Counted from the stretch's first letter, positions 17,529 to 26,558 are shown. The stretch: DNA of 40,669 nt from an uncultured Thermoanaerobaculia bacterium (GCA_964560325.1 CAZLLV010000407.1:1-40669); one strand, 5' to 3'. Numbers and translations: made by a program. The notes: generated from the letters alone by a model not told the origin.

Positions 17529-20500
17529 CCCGTCCGGTGCCTCACCCCGACATTCGTCCGGACACTCGATCGGCACCCGCAGGCTGCTCTGGAACTCGGG
17601 CGGCCCCCAGCTCTCGACCATCCCGATCCGTTCGTCGAGGTCCTCGCCGGCCTGGTCGATCATCCGCTTGACCGTGGTGGCGCGGAAGTCGGTGAGGATC
17701 GGCCAGTCGTCGGCCGGCGGCGGCGCGATCGAGGCGACGAAGAGGTCGGAACGGCTCCGCCGGTCGAGCTGCTGCGAGCGCTCGTAGAGGAACCCGAGGA
17801 GCCGCGGGACGTTGTCGACCAGCGGCCCGCCGAGCGCCGTCAGCCAGCCGCCATCGGAGGAATCCGGGCGCGGGTTCGACGAGTGGATCACCAGCGCCTG
17901 GCGAGCGCCGATCTTCGCCGCCGCCTCGATCGGCACGTTGTTGCTGTAGCCGCCGTCGACCAGCGCCTCCCGGGTCGGGGACGCGTCCTCGCGCGCGGCG
18001 CCCTCCTCGCCGTGGATGCGCACCAGCTTCGGCGGGAAGGCGGGAAACGGCGAGCCGGAGGCGAAGATGTAGTTCTGGAGCTCCTCCCGGTCCGCCTGCG
18101 TCCCCAGCGCCAGGGGAGTGCAGTCGTCCGCTCGCGTGCTCGTGCCGGCGGAGCCGCCCTCGCGGACCGCCCGAAACTTTCGCCACGTCACCCCCGGCGC
18201 CGTCGGCACCGCCGGGCACGCGTGGTCGTCGGGCACCGCCAGCACGAAGCGGGTGCCGTCGAGCGCGAGGGCGTTGGCGGGGGCGAGGTAGCGGGCGGTC
18301 AGGCGGTACGAGGAGCGGTCGTGGCTCTTGCGGTACTCCGCCTCGAAGCGCTCCTCGGCGCTCTCCATGTAGTCGAAGGCGTAGCGGTTGCCGTAGAGCG
18401 CCGGCGCGAGCAGGAAGTTCCACCACACGAGGCCGCCCAGGGCCATCGCTCCCAGCCGCACGACGCGGCGCGGCACCAGGTGCGCGTTCGGGTGGATCGA
18501 GCAGAGGTAGGCGAGGGCGGCGGTGACCCCGCGCGAGAACGCACCGGCGCCTTCGCGGTTCCCCTTCCACGCCCAACGGACGAGCACCAGAGACCCGACG
18601 AGGCTGGCGACCGCGAGCCCGATCCAGAAGGACGGCGTCAGCTCGAACAGGGTCAGCGCCGCGAGCCGCCGGAAGCCGGCCGAGCCCGCGAGCCAGCCGG
18701 TCGCGTCCACGACCGAGATCAGTCGCACGACGAGCCAGAGGCCGGCGTAGACCGCGAAGGCGAGGCCGGTGACGACCAGGAGCACCGAGTCGCGGAAGCG
18801 CCCCTCGTCCTCCAGTCGATAGGCGTTGCGGCGGCGGTGGAGGACCAGGATCGTGCCGAGCAGGAGGAAGACGGCGCCGAGGCAGACGGCGAGCGGCCCC
18901 CGTGGCGCCTGGAGCTTCGATTCGGCGGTGAAGACCTCCACCACGCCGGCGCCATCGAACTCCGCCGCCTCGGGCCGCGTGAGGTCGAGCACGATCAGGC
19001 AGCCCAGGAACGCGACCGCGCCGAGCCCGAAGAGGCGCGCCGCGCGGTGCCCGAGGACGTCCTGGACGACGTCGACGCCGACGGCATAGGCCCTCCCCCA
19101 GAAACCGCGCTCCCATCGGCGCCGGGCCTCCGGCCCGTGGTCGACGCTTGCCGCGACCCGGACCGCGATCGCGATCAGGAGCCCGAGGCCGAGGACGAGG
19201 AAGAGAAGCGGCGTGCGGTCGATCCAGGCGAGCACCCGGACATCGGCGGCCTGGAGGATCCACCACGAGGCCAGGGTGCCGACCGTGAAAGTGGCCGGCC
19301 AGGCGAGGACGTTCCACCACCCGAAGCGCCGCAGCCGCCCCGCACCGACGGCGAGGAGGCCGACGCCGGCGGCCATCGAGCCGAGCACCAGATAAGAGCC
19401 GCCGGTCGTCACCAGTGTCTCGAGGGCCTGTGATTCGGGTGCTGCGAGCCGGACCAGCACCGGGATCGCCACCAGGACGCCGCCGACCAGGAGGAGGGCG
19501 ATCGGGACGACGGTCCGCAGGTCCGCCAGGAAAAACCTCCGCCCGGGCCCGCGCAACGGCGGCGCGTCCTTCGGAAGGTGCCGCTCGCGCCGGACGAGGC
19601 ACTGGTCGGCGTACATGCCGAGCACCAGCAGGACGGCGTAGAGAAGCCCCTCGAACTCGGGCACGTGCTCCTCGGCGAGCGGGCCACTGACCCACCGCAC
19701 GACGAGTGGAGTGAGACCCAGGAGCGCGAGCAGCGAGAGCCAGAGGACCGGGCGCACCGAAGGCTCGGCCTCCGGCTTTTCGCCGGCCGGCCGCCGCTCC
19801 GGCGCGAGGAACCCCCGGTGGCGCCAGGAGAAGGGGGCGAGCGCGAGACCGAAGATGCAGAAGATCAGCACCAGGCTCACGTAGCGCGGCAGGTCGGTCC
19901 AGCCGAAGATCTCCGACGCCGTCAGGTAGCGCTCGTCGTCGTCCGCGTCGGGCTTCCAGAGGATGCTCGAGAGCTCTCCCGGTCCGTGCGGTCCCAGCCG
20001 GGCGACGAAGAAGCCGAGCAGGGCGCCGCCGCTGGTGCCCACCACCGAGTCGACCTCGAGCGGGGTGGCCGCGGGGATGGCGACGTCGCCGGGCTGGACG
20101 CCGGCTCGGGCGCCACCGGAGGAAGAGGCGAAGACGAGCGACCGGTCGCGGTCGGGTGCCGGCAGGGTCTCCGGATTCGCCCCCGCATTGCGCAGCAGCG
20201 GTAGCCCGCGCGCCCCCTCCGCGTAGAGGTCGTCGAGCACCCGCGACTGGTAGGCCGCCTTGACGCCGCCGCCCGGGAGCACCAGCGCGAGCCGCCCTCG
20301 GCTCGAGATCCGCTGGTGGAGCTCGATCAGGTCGAGGGTCTCGCCGATCCGGAAGGCGAAGGTGCGGGTGCCGAAGTAGCCGTCGGGCGTGAGGAAGCCG
20401 TCGAAGGCCGAAGGGATCGGCGCCTGGGCCGGCCCCCCGACCGCCCGGTCGAGGACCTCGCGCAGGCGGTGGAGCTCGCCCCACGGTGGGGGCTCGGACT

Positions 20501-21467
20501 CCGGGAAGGAGTCGGGAGCGAAGACCGAGTCCGCGGCGCCGCGCCGGATCACCAGCCGGTCGCGGTACGCGAGCCGAGGGCCGAGCACCGGCGGCCCGTA
20601 CGGGTCGACCTCGCCGGAGAGCTCGTCGACCACCGCGACCTCGAGCCGTGGCGAGCCGGCCGCCGCCGCGCACGCCGTGCCGTCCCGCCGGCCGAGATCG
20701 GAGCCGAACCGAAAGCAGGTCCGCCGGTAGAAGGCGTCCCAGAACGCGCGCCGCGTCTCGGAGGAGGCCTCACGCTCGGGGTCGAGAGCGTCGAGGGCCT
20801 CGTCGACCGCGAGGATCGGCATGAGGAACCCCGCGGTCGACAGGTGGGACGGCATCACCAGGTGGCCCGGGTCGGTGGACGACCCCGCGCCGTGCCCGCC
20901 GCGCTCTGCCTGCCAGATACGCCGGGCGAGCTCTTCCAGGTCGCCGCCGTGTCCACTTCGCTCCTCGAACGCTCCGTCGACCACCGCCGAGTGCGTCAAC
21001 CGCGGCACTCGCCCGACGAGCTGCGCCATCTCCCGCGCCGCCGGGTCGGCGATCTCGAGCAGGTCGAGCCCGTCCCGGCGCAGCAGCTCGAAGCCGAGGA
21101 CCGGCACCACGCCCATGTCGACCAGCCCGCGGTCCAGCCAGTCGAGGATCTGATAGTCACTGCCGAGGGCGACGTTGATCCGCAGCGGCCGCGCGGGGCA
21201 GAGGGCGCAGGCGAGGTAGCGCTCTCCTACGACCGAGCGCAGCGACGCCTCGAGCTCCTCGAGCGTCACGCCCTCGACGACCGGCAGTCCGATGTTGAGG
21301 ATCTGCGGCAGCGGGTTGTCGCACTCGGGCGGCGGCACGGCCGGCGGCCGGCAGGCGAGCCCTTCCGTGGTGGAGGCGGCGAAGGTGGGAGCGGCGGCTC
21401 CGGCGAGCGCCAGGAGGAGGACGGTGCGCCGGGCGGCGCGGCGGATCGGGCTCGAACGCTGTCGCAT
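17523..21467 (-). CDS. Large membrane protein: signal peptide, PhnD-like binding-protein-like region, and a patatin-like phospholipase domain split by a multi-TM insertion
   Basis: Signal peptide MRQRSSPIRRAARRTVLLLALAGAAAPTFAAS. Region LRINVALGSDYQILDWLDRGLVDMGVVP. Patatin block I LVLPGGGVKAAYQ, block II VVGTSGGALLG (Ser479, nt 20031-20033). About 12 hydrophobic helices span residues ~527-1020. Then ASGSPFPAFPP and ALVDGGYSNNVPIEAA (Asp1171, nt 17955-17957). Confidence 0.85.
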   Translation of the reverse strand: MRQRSSPIRRAARRTVLLLALAGAAAPTFAASTTEGLACRPPAVPPPECDNPLPQILNIGLPVVEGVTLEELEASLRSVVGERYLACALCPARPLRINVALGSDYQILDWLDRGLVDMGVVPVLGFELLRRDGLDLLEIADPAAREMAQLVGRVPRLTHSAVVDGAFEERSGHGGDLEELARRIWQAERGGHGAGSSTDPGHLVMPSHLSTAGFLMPILAVDEALDALDPEREASSETRRAFWDAFYRRTCFRFGSDLGRRDGTACAAAAGSPRLEVAVVDELSGEVDPYGPPVLGPRLAYRDRLVIRRGAADSVFAPDSFPESEPPPWGELHRLREVLDRAVGGPAQAPIPSAFDGFLTPDGYFGTRTFAFRIGETLDLIELHQRISSRGRLALVLPGGGVKAAYQSRVLDDLYAEGARGLPLLRNAGANPETLPAPDRDRSLVFASSSGGARAGVQPGDVAIPAATPLEVDSVVGTSGGALLGFFVARLGPHGPGELSSILWKPDADDDERYLTASEIFGWTDLPRYVSLVLIFCIFGLALAPFSWRHRGFLAPERRPAGEKPEAEPSVRPVLWLSLLALLGLTPLVVRWVSGPLAEEHVPEFEGLLYAVLLVLGMYADQCLVRRERHLPKDAPPLRGPGRRFFLADLRTVVPIALLLVGGVLVAIPVLVRLAAPESQALETLVTTGGSYLVLGSMAAGVGLLAVGAGRLRRFGWWNVLAWPATFTVGTLASWWILQAADVRVLAWIDRTPLLFLVLGLGLLIAIAVRVAASVDHGPEARRRWERGFWGRAYAVGVDVVQDVLGHRAARLFGLGAVAFLGCLIVLDLTRPEAAEFDGAGVVEVFTAESKLQAPRGPLAVCLGAVFLLLGTILVLHRRRNAYRLEDEGRFRDSVLLVVTGLAFAVYAGLWLVVRLISVVDATGWLAGSAGFRRLAALTLFELTPSFWIGLAVASLVGSLVLVRWAWKGNREGAGAFSRGVTAALAYLCSIHPNAHLVPRRVVRLGAMALGGLVWWNFLLAPALYGNRYAFDYMESAEERFEAEYRKSHDRSSYRLTARYLAPANALALDGTRFVLAVPDDHACPAVPTAPGVTWRKFRAVREGGSAGTSTRADDCTPLALGTQADREELQNYIFASGSPFPAFPPKLVRIHGEEGAAREDASPTREALVDGGYSNNVPIEAAAKIGARQALVIHSSNPRPDSSDGGWLTALGGPLVDNVPRLLGFLYERSQQLDRRSRSDLFVASIAPPPADDWPILTDFRATTVKRMIDQAGEDLDERIGMVESWGPPEFQSSLRVPIECPDECRGEAPDGL

Positions 21468-21500
21468 GGACTACCTCGGTTCGGTACGGGTCCCCTTCTG

Positions 21501-22718
21501 TCAGGTCCCTGCCTGTAGTGAACGACGGAACACGATCCATTCCCCCACCCGCGGCATCGACCACCCGCGGGCGGTGGCGCCGCAGATCTTCGAGAGCGGG
21601 CGCGAGAGCGTCTGCTCGCCCTGCCGGAGCGCGCAGTCGGTGCGCTCCAGGAAGCGGTTCGCCATCCCCTCGGTCAGGGCCGGCACGAACCGGCACGGGG
21701 CGTCTCGCGGGCGGAAGAAGTCCTCGTAATGGGTGACGAGGACGTGGCGGGGCTTCAGGCTCTTCAGCAGAACCTCCGGGTAGCCCTCGACCAGGTTCGC
21801 GGAGGCCATGCAGGTCACCGCCAGGTCGTAGGCCACGCCGGACGCGGGTTCCAGCAGGTGCTCCGGCGGAATGCCGTTCGGCTCGCGCCCGGCGTCGCTC
21901 GCCGAGTCCTGGTAGTGGATGCGAAAGAGGGGCGGCGCCTCCGGCCGCTCGGGGTCGAGGAGGTCGATGACGAAGGCGTGCGGCCGGCCCTCCCTGAGGC
22001 TCGAGTAGCGGCGGGGCCGCCCCCACTCGTCCGGCGGACGCGGTTTCGTCTCGTTCTTCATCAGGTGGACCTTCCAGAGGTGGGGCGCGTGGCTCGACGG
22101 CAGCGGGTGGACGCGAAACGGCAACGGACGCCCGGCGGCGTCGCGCAGCCGGATCGAGCCGGCAGGGCCCTCCGGGTCGGTGCTCGGCTCGCAGGCCGCC
22201 CCGGCCCCCTCCTCTCCCGCTACCGGCTCCACGCAGTCGACCCGGCCGGAAAGGCCGGCGTGCTCCGAGAGGACGGTATGGGCGGACGCGTTGACGTAGA
22301 TGCGGGCGTCGCGGGTGAATCGCTCCGCGATGAACGACACGTCGCCCAGGTGATCGTAGTGCGAGTGGCCGACCAGGATCGCCCCCACCCGCCCCGTGCG
22401 CAGGCCGCGGAGCGCGCGAACGACGTCCCCCCGGCGCGTGCGGACGCGGCCGAAGCCGACCTCGATCAGGTCCGGGTTCGAGAAGAACGGCCCGGCGAGG
22501 AGCGCCTCGCCCCGCCACTCGACGTAGAGCCCGCCGGCGCCCAGGGAGCGCACCAGCACGTCGTCCGGACCGACCTCGGCCGGGCGGGTGGAGGCGGGGC
22601 AATCCGGCTCACGAAAGTCGAACCGCGGCGCCTGGTCGAAATCGAGATCGGGCGACACCGCATGGCCGCAACCGGCCAAGCAAGCGGCGAAGAAGGCCAG
22701 AAAGACTCTACGGGACAC
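21501..22718 (-). CDS. Metallo-beta-lactamase-fold hydrolase lipoprotein (Lactamase_B_2 / NAPE-PLD-like)
   Basis: HxHxDH motif VGHSHYDHLGD. Lipoprotein signal VSRRVFLAFFAACLAGCGH (lipobox LAGC) if translation starts at GTG 22718; the longest ORF would start at 22808. The gene ends 33 nt upstream of the patatin gene start. Confidence 0.8.
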   Translation of the reverse strand: MSRRVFLAFFAACLAGCGHAVSPDLDFDQAPRFDFREPDCPASTRPAEVGPDDVLVRSLGAGGLYVEWRGEALLAGPFFSNPDLIEVGFGRVRTRRGDVVRALRGLRTGRVGAILVGHSHYDHLGDVSFIAERFTRDARIYVNASAHTVLSEHAGLSGRVDCVEPVAGEEGAGAACEPSTDPEGPAGSIRLRDAAGRPLPFRVHPLPSSHAPHLWKVHLMKNETKPRPPDEWGRPRRYSSLREGRPHAFVIDLLDPERPEAPPLFRIHYQDSASDAGREPNGIPPEHLLEPASGVAYDLAVTCMASANLVEGYPEVLLKSLKPRHVLVTHYEDFFRPRDAPCRFVPALTEGMANRFLERTDCALRQGEQTLSRPLSKICGATARGWSMPRVGEWIVFRRSLQAGT

Positions 22719-22746
22719 GAGAGGATTGTCGCACGTTCCCAAGCGG

Positions 22747-22761
22747 TCCGGGAGCTCCCGA
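22747..22761. repeat. 15-nt element TCCGGGAGCTCCCGA containing the perfect palindrome CGGGAGCTCCCG (copy 1)
   Basis: Read directly. It lies about 30 nt upstream of the proposed GTG start of the MBL lipoprotein gene. Confidence 0.6.
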
Positions 22762-22883
22762 GCCGGGGGCGTCACGGGCCGCGCGTGCCACGAGCAGTGT
22801 CGGTGCACTTCGGGAAAGCGCGGACCGTGCCGAGGCGGGCGCCCTGCGCCCTCGGAGCTCGACAGCGCCCGCCGTCCCCCGGA

Positions 22884-22898
22884 TCGGGAGCTCCCGGA
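22884..22898. repeat. The same 15-nt element in inverted orientation (TCGGGAGCTCCCGGA), copy 2
   Basis: Read directly. It lies about 17 nt downstream of the mutL stop codon. Confidence 0.6.
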
Positions 22899-22914
22899 CC
22901 GCCGCGCCGCTCGT

Positions 22915-24819
22915 CTACCGTCGTCCGAACCGCCGCTCCAGGTCCGCGTCGGTCATCGTGAGCGTCGTCGGCCGCCCGTGCGGACAGGCGTACGGGTTCT
23001 CCGCCGCGAACAGCTCCGCCATCAACGCCTCCATCTCCTCCGGCGACAGCGGATGGTGCATCTTGACCGCCGCCTTGCACGACAGCGTCGCCGCCATCGC
23101 GTCGAGGATCCGGCGCTCCACGCCCTCTGCGCTCGACGACTCGTCCGCCGCGAGCTCCAGCAGCAGCCGCTCCGCCGCCTCCGCCGAGAGCGGCGGCGGC
23201 ACCGCCGTGAGCGCCACCGAACCGCCCGAGAGCTCCGCGACGCCGAAGCCGCACGCCTCGAGCTCGTCCGCCAGCTCAAGCAGCCGCATGCGCTCCGGCG
23301 CCGAGAGCTCGAGGAGGGGCGGATCGACCAGCCCCTGGCTCGGCGTCGTCTCGCGCGCGAGGCTCCGGCGCAGCCGCTCGTAGAGGATGCGCTCGTGCGC
23401 CACGTGCTGGTCGACGAGGTAGAGCCCGTCCGGCCCTTCGAGGAGGATCAGCGTGCCCTTGTACTGGCCGAGCAGCCGGAACGGCCGCGCCTCGCCCGAG
23501 CGGCCGGAGAGCGGCACCATCGGCCGCTCGGCGAGCGGGGCGTAGCGGGGGCCGGCGAGGCGGCCGGGCGGACCGCCGGCGCCCGCGGGCTCACCGTACG
23601 GCGCGCTCGCCTCCGCCAGCTCGCCGCCGCCGGCGCCCCGCTCCCGCTCGCGGTACCAGCCGGTGCCGGCCGGGTAGCCGACCGGCCCCGGCTCGACCCG
23701 CCACTCGCCGGCCCCGGCCGGGTTCGCCACGAAGGGATCGACTTTCCGGCCGCCCAGCCCCTGCCAGGCAAACGGCACGGTCGGCGCGCCCTGCGGCGCA
23801 CGGAGCGGCGCCTCCTCCTCGCCGCGCGCGAGGTCGAGACCGGCGCGCACCACCTCCGCCACCCGGTCGAGGATGCGGTGATCGCGGAAGCGCACCTCCG
23901 CCTTCTGCGGGTGGACGTTGACGTCGACCTCCTCGGGCGGCAGGTCGAGGAAGAGGAAGAGCGCCGGGAAGTCGTCGCGCTTCCAGACCTCGCGCACCGA
24001 TTTGTAGAAGACGGCGAGGATCGCGCGGTCGCGGAGCAGACGCCGGTTGACGAAGACGAAGAGGCGCCGGCCCCGGGTCGTCTCCGGCGTGCCGAGGAGC
24101 CCCCAAAGACTTTCGCCCTCCTCGCGCGTGCGCCGCGGCAGCGCCACCAGCTCGCGGGCGAGCTCGTCGCCGAAGATGCGCGCGACCCGGTCGCGCAGGC
24201 CCTCCGGCCCCTCCGCGGCGGGCAGGGCGTCGAGGAGCGTGCGGCCGCCGTGGCGGACGGTGAAGCGCACGTCGGGCCGGGCGAGCGCGTAGCCCTGCAC
24301 GACCTCGACCGCGCGCCGCAGCTCGGTCGCCGGGCTCTTCAGGAACTTGCGCCGCGCCGGGACGTTGAAGAAGAGTGAGGCGACCTCGATCGTGGTGCCC
24401 CGCGCGCGGCTCGCCGGCTCCGCCACCCGCACCCGGCCGCCCTCGATCCGCACCCGCTGCCCCTCGCCGGCCGCCTCCGCGGTCAGCAGCTCGACCCGCG
24501 CGACGGCGGCGATCGAGGCGAGCGCCTCGCCCCGGAAGCCGAGGGTGCCGACCCGTTCGAGATCCTCGAACGAGGCGATCTTCGAGGTGGCGTGGCGGTC
24601 GAAGGCGAGCAGGGCGTCGTCGCGCCCCATGCCGCCCCCGTCGTCGGTCACCCGGACCAGACGCTTGCCGCCCGCTTCGAGATCGACCTCGACGGAGGTG
24701 GCCCCGGCGTCGAGGGCGTTCTCGACCAGCTCCTTGACCACCGACGCCGGCCGCTCCACCACCTCGCCCGCGGCGATCTGAGAGACCAGCGGATCGGGCA
24801 GCAGGCGGATCGTCGGCAT
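22915..24819 (-). CDS. mutL: DNA mismatch repair protein MutL
   Basis: MPTIRLLPDPLVSQIAAGEVVERPASVVKELVENALDAGAT (GHKL ATPase N-terminus), DDGGGM, GFRGEAL. C-terminal endonuclease-type region with DQHVAHERILYE and ACPHGRPT. ATG 24819 preferred over the in-frame GTG at 24837. Confidence 0.95.
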   Translation of the reverse strand: MPTIRLLPDPLVSQIAAGEVVERPASVVKELVENALDAGATSVEVDLEAGGKRLVRVTDDGGGMGRDDALLAFDRHATSKIASFEDLERVGTLGFRGEALASIAAVARVELLTAEAAGEGQRVRIEGGRVRVAEPASRARGTTIEVASLFFNVPARRKFLKSPATELRRAVEVVQGYALARPDVRFTVRHGGRTLLDALPAAEGPEGLRDRVARIFGDELARELVALPRRTREEGESLWGLLGTPETTRGRRLFVFVNRRLLRDRAILAVFYKSVREVWKRDDFPALFLFLDLPPEEVDVNVHPQKAEVRFRDHRILDRVAEVVRAGLDLARGEEEAPLRAPQGAPTVPFAWQGLGGRKVDPFVANPAGAGEWRVEPGPVGYPAGTGWYRERERGAGGGELAEASAPYGEPAGAGGPPGRLAGPRYAPLAERPMVPLSGRSGEARPFRLLGQYKGTLILLEGPDGLYLVDQHVAHERILYERLRRSLARETTPSQGLVDPPLLELSAPERMRLLELADELEACGFGVAELSGGSVALTAVPPPLSAEAAERLLLELAADESSSAEGVERRILDAMAATLSCKAAVKMHHPLSPEEMEALMAELFAAENPYACPHGRPTTLTMTDADLERRFGRR

Positions 24820-24877
24820 GGCCGGGAACGGTAGCACGCACGCTCCGGCCGGCCGGGCGCGGCGGGATACGATCCCG

Positions 24878-24977
24878 CCCTACGGAGAAGACGGTTCGGG
24901 TGGGGGCGCCCTTTCTCCCCGCGCCTCTTCACGGCGTCCTGCCGGACGACGTGCGTGGGACGGGGTTCAGAGGGGCG
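24878..24977 (+). repeat. REP-like element, copy C (right hairpin arm replaced by ~37 unrelated nt)
   Basis: CCCTACGGAGAAGACGGTTCGGGTGGGGGCGCCCTTTCTCCCCGCGC, then CTCTTCACGGCGTCCTGCCGGACGACGTGCGTGGGAC, then GGGGTTCAGAGGGGCG. Both flanks match copies A and B. The 3' flank supplies the last codons and the stop of the CDS at 24967..25494. Confidence 0.75.
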
Positions 24978-25494
24978 TTGTGTTGGTTACGAGGAGGTGG
25001 TGCTCGATCAGCCACTCGCGCGCGTCCTCGGCGTCCTCCTCGAACCAGGCGCGGGCCGAGCCGAGGCGGAAGGAGTAGCCCCAGGCGTCCATGTCGGCCA
25101 TCAGGCGCTCGCGGCCGACGCCGGGCAAGTGGTCGGCGAGAACGATCTGGAAGTAGCAGACCGCGTTCTCCTCCACGTCGGTGCCACCCGCGTCGGTGTG
25201 CAGATCCTCGCGGCCGGCCGCCGCGGCGCAGACGACGTGGCACCCCTCGTGGAGCGCGGAGTGGACCGGCGTGTCGGGCCGGACGTGGAGCGTCTTGCCG
25301 ACGATCCCCGCCTCCGGCGCCCCCCAGTAGCTGCCCGGGATCTCGGCCCCGTCGGGATGCTCCTCGACCGTGATGCCGAAGTCGCCGAAGAGCGCCGCGA
25401 GGAGGCCCGCCGGCAGGTCCGCGCACAGCACGACCTCGGGCGCCGGCTCGCCAGTCGCGTCGATCGCGCCGGTCGTTTCGGCCGTCTTCGTCAC
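24967..25494 (-). CDS. Hypothetical protein with an HExxH motif (possible small zinc-dependent hydrolase)
   Basis: The GTG start overlaps the ltaE stop (GTGA). Sequence VTKTAETTG...TPVHSALHEGCHVVCAAAAG...WGYSFRLGSARAWFEEDAEDAREW. Codon bias is coding-like. No family recognised. Confidence 0.6.
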   Translation of the reverse strand: MTKTAETTGAIDATGEPAPEVVLCADLPAGLLAALFGDFGITVEEHPDGAEIPGSYWGAPEAGIVGKTLHVRPDTPVHSALHEGCHVVCAAAAGREDLHTDAGGTDVEENAVCYFQIVLADHLPGVGRERLMADMDAWGYSFRLGSARAWFEEDAEDAREWLIEHHLLVTNTTPL

Positions 25495-26558
25495 CGCGCG
25501 AGCCCCCGGATCGCCTCGACGGCACGGTCGATGCCCGCCCGGTCGACGTCGCGGTGGGTGACGAGGCGGGCGCGGGTCTCGCTGATCCGGCCGCCCAGCA
25601 CGCCCCCGGCCTTCAAACGGTCGAGCAGCTCGTCGACCGGGTCGCGGTCCTCCGGCGGGCCCGCCCCAGAAGAGCCGAACAGCTCCCGCCCGACCCCGAA
25701 GACCACGAGGTTGGTCTCCACCCGATCGAGGTCGATCGTGATCCCCGGCAGCTCGGCCAGCGCCTCGGCCAGCAAGCGTGCGTGGGCGTGGTCCTCCGGC
25801 AGCCGGGCCGGCCCCTCTTCGAGCGCGACCAGCCCGGCGGCGGCGATCACCCCCGCCTGCCGCATGCCGCCGCCGAACATCTTGCGGACCCGCCGCGCCT
25901 CGCCGACGAAGTCCGCCGGACCGCAGAGCATCGAGCCGACCGGCGCACCGAGCCCCTTCGAGAGCGAGAACATGACCGACGAGGCGCCGGAGGCGAGCCG
26001 CGCGACCGGCACCCCGAGCGCCGCGGCGGCGTTGAAGACGCGGGCGCCGTCGAGGTGGATCGGCAGCCGGTGCCGGCGGGCGACCGCGACGACCGCGTCG
26101 AGCTCCTCCGGCCGGTAGACGGTGCCGCCGGCGACGTTGTGGCTGGTCTCGACCCAGACCAGGACGGTGCGGGCGCGCAGGCTGGTGTCCGCCGCGACCG
26201 CCCGGTCGACCGCTGTCGGATTGAGCTGGCCCCAAGGCGTCTCGAGCGCCTTCGGCAGGAGACCCGAGAGCGCCGCCATGCCGCCCATCTCGTAGTGCAG
26301 GACGTGGGAGCGGGAGTCGCAGATCACCTCGCCGCCCGGGGTGCCGTGGACGTGGAGCGCGACCTGGTTGCCCATCGTGCCGGACGGCATGTAGATCGCC
26401 GCTTCCTGCCCCGTAGCCTCCGCCGCCCGCTCCTCCAGCCGCCGGACGGTCGGGTCCTCCCGCATCACGTCGTCGCCGACCTCGGCCTCGGCCATCGCGC
26501 GGCGCATCGCCGCGTCCGGCCGGGTGACCGTGTCGGACCTGAGATCGACGGGAATCAC
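25491..26558 (-). CDS. ltaE: Low-specificity L-threonine aldolase (PLP-dependent)
   Basis: MIPVDLRSDTVTRPDAAMRRAM...GDDVMREDPTVRRLE...PSGTMGNQ...HLDGARVFNAA...FSLSKGLGAPVGS (PLP Lys in SLSKG). Confidence 0.9.
   Translation of the reverse strand: MIPVDLRSDTVTRPDAAMRRAMAEAEVGDDVMREDPTVRRLEERAAEATGQEAAIYMPSGTMGNQVALHVHGTPGGEVICDSRSHVLHYEMGGMAALSGLLPKALETPWGQLNPTAVDRAVAADTSLRARTVLVWVETSHNVAGGTVYRPEELDAVVAVARRHRLPIHLDGARVFNAAAALGVPVARLASGASSVMFSLSKGLGAPVGSMLCGPADFVGEARRVRKMFGGGMRQAGVIAAAGLVALEEGPARLPEDHAHARLLAEALAELPGITIDLDRVETNLVVFGVGRELFGSSGAGPPEDRDPVDELLDRLKAGGVLGGRISETRARLVTHRDVDRAGIDRAVEAIRGLAR

Noticed and set aside
17542-20673. 1043-aa minus-strand ORF in another frame of the patatin gene
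   Set aside because: The translation is extremely Arg/Pro/Gly-rich. The 17523..21467 frame carries the signal peptide, TM helices and patatin motifs.
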